A DNA stretch of 32,000 bases, taken from NCBI RefSeq assembly GCF_900232105.1, contig NZ_LT934425.1, forward strand, positions 780,001-812,000, read 5' to 3'. Shown piece by piece: positions 16,840-26,100 of the stretch; the first letter of the stretch is position 1; every line of letters begins with the position of its first letter. Origin of the DNA: Candidatus Kuenenia stuttgartensis. Lineage in GTDB: Bacteria; Planctomycetota; Brocadiia; Brocadiales; Brocadiaceae. The position numbers and the translations under genes are program-made. The notes below the pieces were generated by a model, which saw only the letters and a program-made list of their open reading frames with translations, ran no database searches and was not told the origin of the DNA.

Positions 16840-18162
16840 TCAACGCACGGACGGCTTTTTCCTGCCTGAATCCAATCTGATTTTAACCGATTTTGCATGC
16901 GCATCAAGTCCCTCAGATGCTGAAATTTCAGACACATCCTGCTGTACGCTCCTCAGCGCTGATTGTGAATAGGTGATAACACTTGTCCTCTTAATGAAAT
17001 CATTTACCGATAAACCGGATGAAAAACGCGCAGTGCCTCCGGTAGGGAGCACATGGGATGGTCCGGCGATATAATCTCCCAGAGCCACAGGGGTGTAATC
17101 TCCCACAAATACCGCGCCGGCGTGTTTAATGCCTGATAACACGGCTTTTGGATTCTGCGTCATAATCTGCAAATGCTCTGGAGCAATGGCATTGGAGAGC
17201 GCTATGCATTCGTTCATATTTTTTGTGATAAAAATTACTCCATATTTGCTGAGGCATTCATTTGTGCCGGCGGAACGGCTGAGTGTTTTTATCTGCAGGG
17301 TTATTTCTGCTAAAACTTGCTTTGCCAACAATTTTGAAGAAGTGACTAAAAGAGAAATACCCGGAGTATGTTCCGCCTGAGAAAGCAAATCAGAAGCGAT
17401 ATATGATGGGTTTGCATGGTTATCGGCAATAATTAACACCTCGCTCGGGCCGGCAAGCATGTCTATTCCCGCATATCCGAAAATTTCTTTTTTGGCAAGC
17501 GTCACAAACACATTTCCAGGGCCTACGATTTTGTCCACACTTGGAATGGTTTTCGTTCCAAAAGCGAGCGCAGCAATTGCCTGAACACCGCCGATTTTGT
17601 ATATCTCACTAACGCCTGCCTCTTTTGCCGCCACCAATCTCTCCGGAGGAATGTTTCCGTCTTCCTTTGGGGGAGAGACCATGACTATTTTCTCCACTCC
17701 GGCAACCTGGGCGGGAATAGCGTTCATCAATACGGTAGAGGGGTACGAAGCCGCCCCCCCGGGGACATATATCCCTGCGCTGTCTATTGGGGTATAGATT
17801 GTGTCAAGAATCACCCCTTTAGACCTTAGCGGTTTTACGTTTTGAATGCGAATATGGTTCTGATATGTTTGAATATTTTTTATTGCAAGGCGTATTGCCT
17901 TTATAAATTTACCGGTTACATATTTATAAGCGTCTTCAATTTCCTCTTCTTTTACCCTGAATTGTTCCGGCGAAAGAGGTGCCTTGTCAAAACGTTTGCC
18001 ATATGCGGCAATGGCCTTGTCGCCATTTTTTTTTACATCCTGAATGATTTTGAGTACGGTTGTTCTGATGTCTGAAGAACTGTTTAAAGGGTCTAAGCCT
18101 TGTTTGATTTTTTCAATCTCCAGGCTTGCATCGCATTCCCATGTTTTAAGTATCCGCATCAT
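16840..18162 (-). CDS. hisD: Histidinol dehydrogenase
   Basis: 440 aa. Blocks: GIDMLAGPSEVLIIAD, SQAEHTP, APEHL, GDYIAGPSHVLPTGGTARF. In-frame TGA TGA lies just upstream of the ATG ATG start. Confidence 0.92.
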   Translation of the reverse strand: MMRILKTWECDASLEIEKIKQGLDPLNSSSDIRTTVLKIIQDVKKNGDKAIAAYGKRFDKAPLSPEQFRVKEEEIEDAYKYVTGKFIKAIRLAIKNIQTYQNHIRIQNVKPLRSKGVILDTIYTPIDSAGIYVPGGAASYPSTVLMNAIPAQVAGVEKIVMVSPPKEDGNIPPERLVAAKEAGVSEIYKIGGVQAIAALAFGTKTIPSVDKIVGPGNVFVTLAKKEIFGYAGIDMLAGPSEVLIIADNHANPSYIASDLLSQAEHTPGISLLVTSSKLLAKQVLAEITLQIKTLSRSAGTNECLSKYGVIFITKNMNECIALSNAIAPEHLQIMTQNPKAVLSGIKHAGAVFVGDYTPVALGDYIAGPSHVLPTGGTARFSSGLSVNDFIKRTSVITYSQSALRSVQQDVSEISASEGLDAHAKSVKIRLDSGRKKPSVR

Positions 18163-18170
18163 TCATCATC

Positions 18171-18199
18171 CAAAAAATTAACGAGGCCGTTGGCCTCGT
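18171..18199 (-). terminator. Terminator-like hairpin inside the predicted hisD 5' leader
   Basis: Minus strand: ACGAGGCC-AAC-GGCCTCGT (18199..18181) followed by TAATTTTTTG (18180..18171). It ends 9 nt before the hisD start codon. No U-tract on the plus-strand side. Confidence 0.45.
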
Positions 18200-18233
18200 G
18201 TTATAAAGACGTAGAAAGAAATTATTGAAAAAA

Positions 18234-18262
18234 ATTATATTTACTATGGTAAATGTTGTCAA
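18234..18262 (-). promoter_or_regulatory. Consensus sigma70-type promoter for hisD-hisC
   Basis: Minus strand: TTGACA (18262..18257), exactly 17 nt, then TATAAT (18239..18234). Both hexamers are perfect consensus. Confidence 0.55.
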
Positions 18263-18381
18263 GGAAAATGAAAAGACGTTCATCAACAACAAGGACTGGT
18301 AGTTCATGGATATTGTCTGATGCCGGATTATTGTCATCTTGAAGTGAGAAGTCCGGCCATTACTACACGAAACAAATAAGC

Positions 18382-18410
18382 TTGCAAATCAGAAATAGGG
18401 TTTCTATAAT
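18382..18410 (+). promoter_or_regulatory. Near-consensus sigma70-type promoter for udp (divergent from the hisD promoter)
   Basis: TTGCAA (18382..18387), a 17-nt spacer, then TATAAT (18405..18410). It lies ~145 nt upstream of the udp ATG. Confidence 0.5.
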
Positions 18411-18556
18411 GCAAACATGCCACTGGTAAAATGATCAATCCCGGCAAAATTGTACAAACATCTCAACAAGTTAAATCGGGCATTTTCAGCTATTTTCCTC
18501 TCCCACGTTTAAATAATTCCGCTTGTATAAAGGCTAATAGCATATAAACAAGTACC

Positions 18557-19336
18557 ATGGATAATGTATACCACTTAGACCTGAATAGCAAAAACATACA
18601 AGGGGCGAAGATCGCTTTATTGCCAGGCGACCCCTTTCGATCCCAAATTATTGCAGAGAGCATTTCGAAGACATACGGAACCGGCAACGAGAGACTCGCC
18701 TGGAAACGCGAGTATTGCTCATATCTTACTGAGGTGAGTGGACAAAAAATCCTCATTACCTCAACGGGAATCGGGGGTCCCTCCGCATCAATCGCCGTAG
18801 ACGAGTTGGCACAATTGGGGATACAAACTTTTATCAGAGTGGGGACATCAGGTGCAATACAGGAATATATCGATATTGGAGACGTTATTATCACTACCGG
18901 AGCGGTTAGGCTTGATGGCGCATCGACGCATTATGCCCCCATTGAATACCCCGCAGTTGCCAACCATGAAATTATTTATTCCCTGATAGAAGGCGCAAAA
19001 TATTCCCGGATAAAATATCATGTCGGTATCACCGCATCATCGGATACTTTTTATCAGGGCGAAGAAAGAAGCGATTCGTTTAGAAAATATACCTTAAGAA
19101 AATTTCAGGGAATAACAAAGGAATTGCAGTCCCTTAATGTACTCAATTACGAAATGGAGGCGTCCACGGTATTAACCCTGACCGCATCCATGGGGTTGAA
19201 AGGGGGATGTATTACCGGGGTGGTAAATAAAAGAGGCATGGAGAAGATAACGGAACAATGTCTTAAAACAGGGGAAACTCATTTAATTAAGGCGGCAATC
19301 GCATCCCTGAAATATCTGACAGATCTCTCCGGTTAA
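18557..19336 (+). CDS. udp: Uridine phosphorylase (PNP/UDP-1 family)
   Basis: 259 aa. Colinear with E. coli Udp as I remember it. Blocks: VYHLDL...GAKIALLPGDPFR, STGIGGPSASIAVDELAQLGIQTFIRVGTSGAIQ, VRLDGASTHYAP, NYEMEAST. Confidence 0.88.
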   Translation: MDNVYHLDLNSKNIQGAKIALLPGDPFRSQIIAESISKTYGTGNERLAWKREYCSYLTEVSGQKILITSTGIGGPSASIAVDELAQLGIQTFIRVGTSGAIQEYIDIGDVIITTGAVRLDGASTHYAPIEYPAVANHEIIYSLIEGAKYSRIKYHVGITASSDTFYQGEERSDSFRKYTLRKFQGITKELQSLNVLNYEMEASTVLTLTASMGLKGGCITGVVNKRGMEKITEQCLKTGETHLIKAAIASLKYLTDLSG

Positions 19337-19425
19337 TTGCAGACAGAGACGCATTGTCCTGCGTTGGTACTATTTTCCGAAACATCTTATTATAAACATT
19401 TAGAAAAAAGAGAAGATTGCTATTT

Positions 19426-20322
19426 ATGCAAAACAAAAAAGATTTCAGATCAGGATATGTTGCGGTAATAGGGGAGCCAAATGTAGGCAAATCCACCCTC
19501 ATTAACAATTATATGGGGTGTAAATTATCCATCGTTACTCATAAACCCCAAACGACAAGAAAAAAAATTATGGGTATATTAACGAAGGAAGATTACCAGA
19601 TTATCTTTTTTGATACGCCGGGCATTATAGAACCAACATACGAACTACAAAAATACATGGTGAAAACCGCTTACAGTGTTATTAAAGAAGCGGATATACT
19701 CCTTATGATGGTGGAACCTTTTAAACAACCTGCAAAAATACACAGAGATGTAGTGAAGAAACTCGCCACCTTTAACAAGCCGATACTGCTGGTAATCAAT
19801 AAAGTGGATATGGTAGAAAAGGATAAACTCCTTCCCATTATCGCTTCATATAATACGTTAATGAAGTTTTCCGAAATTATTCCCATTTCCGCAAAGGAAG
19901 GAACTAATCTTGAACGCCTGCTTTCTCTTATTGTGCAGTATTTGCCAGAAGGCGAGCCGCTGTATCCGGAGGATTCTATTACCGATTACAATGAGAGATT
20001 CCTTGCCGCCGAAATTATCAGGGAAAAGGTCTTTGAGTTTTATGGAGAAGAAATTCCTTATTCTTCAACGGTGGAAATTGAAGAATTCAAGGAGAGGGAA
20101 AAAGGCAGGGACTATATCAAGGCGATTATTTATGTTGAACGGAAATCGCAGAAGGGAATTATTATCGGCGAAGAGGGCAAGGCAATCAAGCACGTGGGCG
20201 TCATTGCACGAAAAGATATCGAGGATCAACTGGGAAGGGAAGTATTTCTTGAACTGCACGTTAAGGTCATGGAGAAATGGCGAAAAGATACACATAAGTT
20301 AAAAAGGTTGGGTTATCAATAA
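19426..20322 (+). CDS. era: GTPase Era
   Basis: Track ORF starts at TTG 19417. The first ATG, at 19426, gives MQNKKDFRSGYVAVIGEPNVGKSTL (G1). DTPG (G3), NKVD (G4) and a C-terminal KH domain are present. Confidence 0.92.
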   Translation: MQNKKDFRSGYVAVIGEPNVGKSTLINNYMGCKLSIVTHKPQTTRKKIMGILTKEDYQIIFFDTPGIIEPTYELQKYMVKTAYSVIKEADILLMMVEPFKQPAKIHRDVVKKLATFNKPILLVINKVDMVEKDKLLPIIASYNTLMKFSEIIPISAKEGTNLERLLSLIVQYLPEGEPLYPEDSITDYNERFLAAEIIREKVFEFYGEEIPYSSTVEIEEFKEREKGRDYIKAIIYVERKSQKGIIIGEEGKAIKHVGVIARKDIEDQLGREVFLELHVKVMEKWRKDTHKLKRLGYQ

Positions 20323-20324
20323 CA

Positions 20325-21890
20325 ATGTTGGATATTGAATCGTTTTCCACAGAAAATTTTTCGACGGCTTACCGTAATATAGTTGCCATGTGCAGCGCTG
20401 CCGCACGTCATGAAAACATCTCTTTCATACTGGAAGGCACAGAAAAATTAATAAAGGAAGAACTTGTCCGGTGTATCTGGTTCGGACAGCACATTGAAAA
20501 GAAAAATTTGCGCACGGACGATGGCCTCCGCCTGGAAATCCTTTCTCCGGGATGGTGGAACAATGAAGAAGGGCCTGATTTCAAGCACGCGGAGTTTTTT
20601 CTGGAGGGAAAGGGGTTAATAAGAGGCAGTGTCGAAATCCATGTATTTGCCTCCGACTGGATACATCACAAACATGAAAACCAAAAAACCTACGATGCCG
20701 TATGCCTGCACGTGGTTATGTGGAATGATCTGAAGGGGAGATGCGTCAAAAACTTCTCCGGAAAAGTAATCCCACAAATAACATTATCACTCTATCTGGA
20801 GGCAGAACTTGATGAGATAATCGAAACCATTGATGTTGGCTCTTACATCGGCAACAAACAGGTTATCCCGGGATATTGCAATCTGGAGATGCGAAAACAA
20901 AAAATAACACAACAATGGATCGGGGGTTTTCTTGATTACGCAGGAGATGAACGCATCCTTCAAAAGGCAAAAAAATATGAAAAATGGATTGAAAACAAAC
21001 CTTTCGAACGGGTTCTTTATGAAGCAATAATGGAATCGCTGGGATACAAAAACAATAAAAAACCTTTTCTGATGCTGGCCTCACTCGTTACCGCAGAAAC
21101 GATTCAATCTTTTGTGCCGGAATATACTCCTGCTCAGGAGAAAAAAATCATAGCCCAGTCCCTGTTGCTGGGTATGGCAGGATTATTACCCCTGAATGAG
21201 GAGGAGACAAAAAGATTTGATGATGAAACCATACAGTATTTTGACCGTATTTTCTCAACATGGCAGGGCATAAAACCAAAGATACATCAGACGCCCCTGA
21301 CCAGGGAAAGCTGGTCGTATACAGGGATCAGGCCTGCAAATTTTCCCGACAGGAGAATTGTTGCCATTGCCAACATCCTATCAGAACACCTTGACAATGG
21401 CCTCTTCCGGTATATATTGCGTATCTTCCAAAAAAGAGATGATACGAAAAAAAACACGCGGGGATTTAAATCATTCGTCAATGAATTCCTCTCTCCCTTT
21501 CTGGAAACCCATGACGCATATTGGTCGTATCGTTACACCCCCGGTGGCAAGAAGCTGAACAAACCGCAAAAACTCCTTGGAAAAGAAAGGACATCAAACA
21601 TTTTTGTTAATGTGATCATCCCGGTCATGCTCGTATACGCAAGAAAGCATAACGACAAGGCATTAGAAGAAAGATTGCACTACATTTACAGAAACTACAC
21701 ACCTCATCCTTCCACCAGCGTTACAAAATTTATGGGTACTCGTATATTTGGAACATCAATGGTTTCAAATAAAGTGATACATTCCGCAAGAAGACAGCAA
21801 GGGCTTTATCAGCTATTTAAGGACTTTTGTGAAAACGATACGATCAGTTGTAACAAATGCGCCTTATATGCAGCCATGAACAAAGAATAA
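20325..21890 (+). CDS. DUF2851 family protein
   Basis: The ATG lies 2 nt after the era stop. The N-terminal region matches my memory of DUF2851: CIWFGQH...L.TDDG..LEILSPGWWNNEEGPDFKHAEF...G.VEIHVFASDWIHHKH...YDAVCLHVVMWND. 521 aa. C-terminal Cys pair (CENDTISCNKC). Confidence 0.75.
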   Translation: MLDIESFSTENFSTAYRNIVAMCSAAARHENISFILEGTEKLIKEELVRCIWFGQHIEKKNLRTDDGLRLEILSPGWWNNEEGPDFKHAEFFLEGKGLIRGSVEIHVFASDWIHHKHENQKTYDAVCLHVVMWNDLKGRCVKNFSGKVIPQITLSLYLEAELDEIIETIDVGSYIGNKQVIPGYCNLEMRKQKITQQWIGGFLDYAGDERILQKAKKYEKWIENKPFERVLYEAIMESLGYKNNKKPFLMLASLVTAETIQSFVPEYTPAQEKKIIAQSLLLGMAGLLPLNEEETKRFDDETIQYFDRIFSTWQGIKPKIHQTPLTRESWSYTGIRPANFPDRRIVAIANILSEHLDNGLFRYILRIFQKRDDTKKNTRGFKSFVNEFLSPFLETHDAYWSYRYTPGGKKLNKPQKLLGKERTSNIFVNVIIPVMLVYARKHNDKALEERLHYIYRNYTPHPSTSVTKFMGTRIFGTSMVSNKVIHSARRQQGLYQLFKDFCENDTISCNKCALYAAMNKE

Positions 21891-21914
21891 CGTATTAAAA
21901 AACAGAGTACCAAA

Positions 21915-22559
21915 ATGAAAAATCTAAAGTTCTACATTACAGGGATACTTGGCTGTTTTTTAGTCAGGATATTGCTGTTTACCCTGCGAATAGAACACGA
22001 ACCAGGGGGAAGTCTGGAAAAGGTAAAAAAGTCATTAAATATTTATGCTATATGGCACTGTACGCTGCTTTGCCTTGCCTATATTGGCCGCAATGCAAAT
22101 ATACAAGTACTTGTCAGCCAGCATTCTGATGGTGAATACATTGCAGGGGTAATTAAACGGCTTGGTTTCGGCGTTATCAGAGGCTCTACCACCCGTGGAG
22201 GCGCCAGGGCGGTAAAGGCGTTAGTGGATAAAACAAAGGCAGGGTATTCAATTGCAATTACACCTGACGGGCCCAGAGGGCCGCGATGCGTGGTGCAATC
22301 AGGGTGTATATACCTTGGCAAAAAAACAGGCGTACCCATTCTCCCTGTTACAGTCGGAATGTCAAATTACTGGAAACTTCCAAGTTGGGACGAATTTCGC
22401 ATACCAAAGCCGTTTTCCCGTGTGTTAATACTCTATGGCAAACCCTTGTTTATCCCCCCACAACTTAACGATGAAGAAATGGAAGCATACCGTCTATTGC
22501 TGGAAAGAACCATGTGCGAAATGATGAAAAAAGCAGATTTACTGGCACAACAAAAATAA
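21915..22559 (+). CDS. DUF374 domain protein (lysophospholipid-acyltransferase-like superfamily)
   Basis: 214 aa. N-terminal TM helix. Blocks: VLVSQHSDGEYIAGVIKRLGFGVIRGSTTRGGARA and AITPDGPRGPR, typical of DUF374. Confidence 0.78.
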   Translation: MKNLKFYITGILGCFLVRILLFTLRIEHEPGGSLEKVKKSLNIYAIWHCTLLCLAYIGRNANIQVLVSQHSDGEYIAGVIKRLGFGVIRGSTTRGGARAVKALVDKTKAGYSIAITPDGPRGPRCVVQSGCIYLGKKTGVPILPVTVGMSNYWKLPSWDEFRIPKPFSRVLILYGKPLFIPPQLNDEEMEAYRLLLERTMCEMMKKADLLAQQK

Positions 22560-22682
22560 CCCGTGTTTAGCACCTTCTCAATAGTTTCTTTGTATTTTTT
22601 GTAACTATTCAGCGTAAACATTACACGACTCCCGGCGGGTTCCGGTTTGCAAGCCTGAACTCTCGAAGGTAATGGGTAATTG

Positions 22683-22738
22683 GGGCCACTTCCCATATTT
22701 TCAAATCAAATCAAGTTGGAAAATATGGGAAGTGGCCC
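22683..22738. terminator. Perfect 20-bp-stem hairpin between convergent genes
   Basis: gggccacttcccatattttc (22683..22702), a 16-nt loop, then gaaaatatgggaagtggccc (22719..22738). There are no mismatches. It ends 5 nt before the stop of the Cys-rich micro-ORF and lies 124 nt after the DUF374 stop. There is no classical external U-tract, so a terminator role is uncertain. It may be a repeat element. Confidence 0.4.
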
Positions 22739-22743
22739 TACAT

Positions 22744-22905
22744 TTACTTTTTATTTAGCTCATCGTAAAGGGCTATTTGTTCTTCCACGCTAAGCTGTCT
22801 TGGTTTTTTCTTGTTGCACAAGCACATGGAACAGCGTTCATCGCTGCAAAACTGACAACTAAAGCAGTCGTCGCACGGATATTTTTTGTCTTTACAATTT
22901 CCCAT
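22744..22905 (-). CDS. Tentative 53-aa cysteine-rich small protein
   Basis: Below the track's size cutoff. I translated it codon by codon: MGNCKDKKYPCDDCFSCQFCSDERCSMCLCNKKKPRQLSVEEQIALYDELNKK*. It has 8 Cys in the first 30 residues (C-x6-C-x2-C-x2-C-x2-C-x4-C-x2-C-x-C), then a charged helical tail. It looks far more protein-like than the 67-aa plus-strand ORF 22777..22980 that covers it. I found no convincing SD or promoter. Confidence 0.35.
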   Translation of the reverse strand: MGNCKDKKYPCDDCFSCQFCSDERCSMCLCNKKKPRQLSVEEQIALYDELNKK

Positions 22906-22961
22906 TATCGTATAACCATGCCTGCCAAGAAAATCTTACGGGCACAAATATTTAATTTTTT

Positions 22962-23059
22962 TAACACTTTAGTCTTTTGAAAAATCTGACCACGCATTAA
23001 CTCCCATGCTTCAGCATGGAAAATAGCTCGATCTCGTTCCCCAAGCCGGAGCTTGGGAA
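22962..23059. repeat. Composite intergenic repeat downstream of the bcs operon
   Basis: taacactttagtcttttgaaaaat (22962..22985) matches the terminal inverted repeat of the 14137..14333 element at 22 of 24 positions. Hairpin ccatgc-ttca-gcatgg at 23004..23019. gatctcgttccc (23030..23041) is the exact reverse complement of 6207..6218. Hairpin ttcc(c)caagc-cgga-gcttgggaa at 23037..23059. Confidence 0.55.
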
Positions 23060-23125
23060 TGAGCATTTTTAATTTAAAATTCAAAATTCCTAATCTAACA
23101 TTTCAAAGAAATACCTTTTAAACTA

Positions 23126-26100
23126 CTATCCTTCACCTAGCAAGCTGCTCAGGAAAATTCTCCCTAGCACTGCTGAAATATTCTTCAGTTCACCGGGGGG
23201 CAGCGCATAAAAACCTTTCCGCATCCCTTCTTTATCACACCGCAATGATACGTCAAAAATATCATTTATTCCGCCATCTCGGATAATCTCAAATCTCTCC
23301 CCTTTTTTATCTTCTCCCTGATACGGCACTATTTTCCCCATGACATAATTCTGCAGACTCTCTTTAAAATCTTTATGTGACGTCGCCATTAAACGATCCG
23401 TTGTCGCTCTGCCAAATTTTCTAAAATACATTACTTTGTCTTCAACACTAAGCGCATGGTCCATTGACGCCGGCAAATCCATCGCAAGATACCTGTTCAC
23501 CCTTCCTGACAACGGGAGCAAAAAATCTCCATTTCCGCTGCCGCCTTTTGCACCGTTACACCCCTGAAAAACAATCGATGTCCCCTGTTTCCACTTCCCC
23601 GTTGTTTGATCAAAGGAATAGCCCATTGCGCCAGCATCCTGTTCAGGCATTTCATGGCGAAGGCCTTCCCTTCCACCGCCGGATTCACCATAAAAGGCAA
23701 CCGGTTCCAAATAGGGAAAGAAATGACTCTTTCCCCTGTAATTCATAGTAAATGCATCCTGCAGAAACATTGACTCTTGTGTTTCGTTTATCTCAGACCT
23801 CTTTGCCTCCCACTCCCAACAACCGCTGTAATCCCCCGGCATACGCTGGCTAACCATCGCAAACACCATGTCGGATTGTTTTTTGCGCAGCGCACAATGA
23901 TTAATGAATTCTCTTTCCCGGCGGGCAATGGCGTCTGACGGCCTTGTTTTTAAATAGAGACCATACCATTTCTGCGATTCCTCAAATTCATGCATCTGCC
24001 TGTTCAGTTTCCCCATCCATATCATAGCGCGGGTATCTCTGGAATTTGATTCCCACATTGCCAAAAATTGTTTCTTTGCCATTTCATACTCTTCGTGCAA
24101 AGCCAGGAACCTTGCATACTGATACTGAATGCCGGTATTTTCAGGATATAATTCCACGGCATCGTTCAGCCAGTTTTTTGCAAACTGATAGTGTTTCCCC
24201 TCCCGCCCTTTGTCAAAATCTCCCGCCTTATCCATGATTAACTGAAAGAGGGAGAGAGAGATCTGATTATTTAAGAGATATTCCGTTACTATATTATTTG
24301 CAAGAAAGTAGTCGCCGTAATGAATATTTGCCATTGCTATCGCTGTTATGACACGCGTGTTTTTTGTCAAATCCTCCGGCAATTCCATGATTATCCTGTA
24401 AAACGCCTCTCTTTCAATGCCACATTTCACCACATTTTCCAAATAACGGGGCATTTCCTGGCGAGGCAGATTCGATAATTGTATTTCATCACATACTTCC
24501 TTCGCCTTCTTTTTATTGTTCATTGCCATGAAACATTCCATCATGCCCAGTTTATATGATGCATCTTCACGCATACAATAGAGTTGTTCATAAACCTCCA
24601 GCGCCTCCTGAAAATTCCCTGCTCTATATTCAGCCATTGCCAACTGCTCCGTTATGTCTGCATTATTATGCCCGGACAGTTCATCCGCAATTTTCCAGGC
24701 ATGAAGCATGCGGAGGGCAGTCACCTTTGATGCATCAAAGAATAATTCATCCTCAAAAAATTGCTGCGGCATCGTATCAAACCAAGAAGAAGATTCTGCC
24801 AGTGATGCTCCAAGCGCCTGAATGGATTGGTAATGTTCTTCCATTTGTCCGCTTGAAGCGAACAACGATATTGAAAAAACCGCCGAACCATAATCGGCAT
24901 TCTCCAGCGCTGCTAGCAATTCAACACCTTTGTATGCATAGAGCAAAACGGAAAGCATTGCGGCTGTATATTTTTCTTTCTGCGTTTCTAAAAGCACCCC
25001 AATCTCTCTTTCCGCTTCCCTATGCAAGCCCACTTTGATTTGCGAAAGTATCCGCAATGCCGACACCCTTGATTTAGGAAAAGATTCATCCGCGCCCCAT
25101 TTTTGCAATAATGAAGCGGATTTTTTGATAAGTGCCTCGTAATCTTCCAGGCCATAATAACATTCCAGTTCAATAAGCTGCGCCTTGTAATCATTGCCGG
25201 TATTTTGTTCAAAAGCTTGTAACATTGACAATGCTGTTTCATAATTTTTTACAATAGAGAAAAGCCCTGCCTTTGCAATATTCAGTGCGCTACTGGTCTC
25301 CGGCGTGTTTTCAAATTGACGCAAAATTTCCATACCGTTCTCCGGCATATCCATGGAAGCGTATTGAAGAGACAACTCCCCGGCGATAAGGCTATTCGCA
25401 CCGTCCATTTCCAATGCCTGCTTCAGAACCTGAACAGCCGCTTCCCGTTTCTTATTGGCAGTTAATGTGTTCACTATGGCGAAAAGAGTCTTCCTCCATC
25501 GTTCCGAAGCAACCTCCATACCTCTCCATAAACATAGCGCTTTCTCTGTCTCCTCCAAAGACAAATACATCTCCACCAGGAAATCCCGCCTGTCATCGGA
25601 CATTTCTATTTTGTCTATTCCTTCTTTTATCGCCTTTGACAGCAGCGACCATTCCTGCGCTGATGAAAGTGCTTTAAAATACCCAAACCAGATATCGCCA
25701 TTTTCCGGCCATCTACTGATCAAATCCTGATAGAGGACAATAGCGCTCCCATAATTCCCCAGCCAAAACTCAAGGTCGGCGCGAAGTTGCAACATCTTCA
25801 ATGTGTCGCTTTCCTTTGGCATATGGGCAAGTATCATCCTCGCCTCCCTAAATTGCCGGGTTTGCACGAGCATATTCAATTTCAAACATAAGACCTCCCT
25901 GTTGGAAGGATCAAAAAATAACATCGTGTCGCACAATTCAAGGGCTTCATCAAATTGTCCTGTTCTAAAAAAAGCGTCTGCAAGTTTTTCTAACGCATAA
26001 TTCTTTTCCTTTAGCTCATTTAATAAGGGAACAGCCTTTGTGGAGTCATTTTGCATCACGAAACAACATGCCTTGCCCAGTTTTGCCTCTAACACCGTTT

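Noticed and set aside
18146-18337. 63-aa minus-strand ORF upstream of and overlapping the hisD start. Also the idea of a His-leader peptide or T-box.
   Set aside because: The ORF runs through the promoter and hairpin, in another frame over the hisD start. There is no run of His codons. The leader (~60 nt) is far too short for a T-box.
18490-18894. 134-aa minus-strand ORF opposite udp
   Set aside because: The plus-strand frame is colinear with uridine phosphorylase. The minus-strand ORF is a shadow.
19671-20302. Alternate-frame ORFs inside era (130 aa plus strand; 71 and 76 aa minus strand)
   Set aside because: They are embedded in era, which has G1/G3/G4 and KH motifs. The 130-aa peptide is Arg/Lys/Ser-rich frame-shift noise.
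22433-22980. 87-aa minus-strand ORF (22433..22696) and 67-aa plus-strand ORF (22777..22980)
   Set aside because: The first overlaps the DUF374 3' end and reads through the 20-bp hairpin arm. The second is the antisense shadow of the Cys-rich micro-ORF, uses a non-ATG start, and has an implausible composition.
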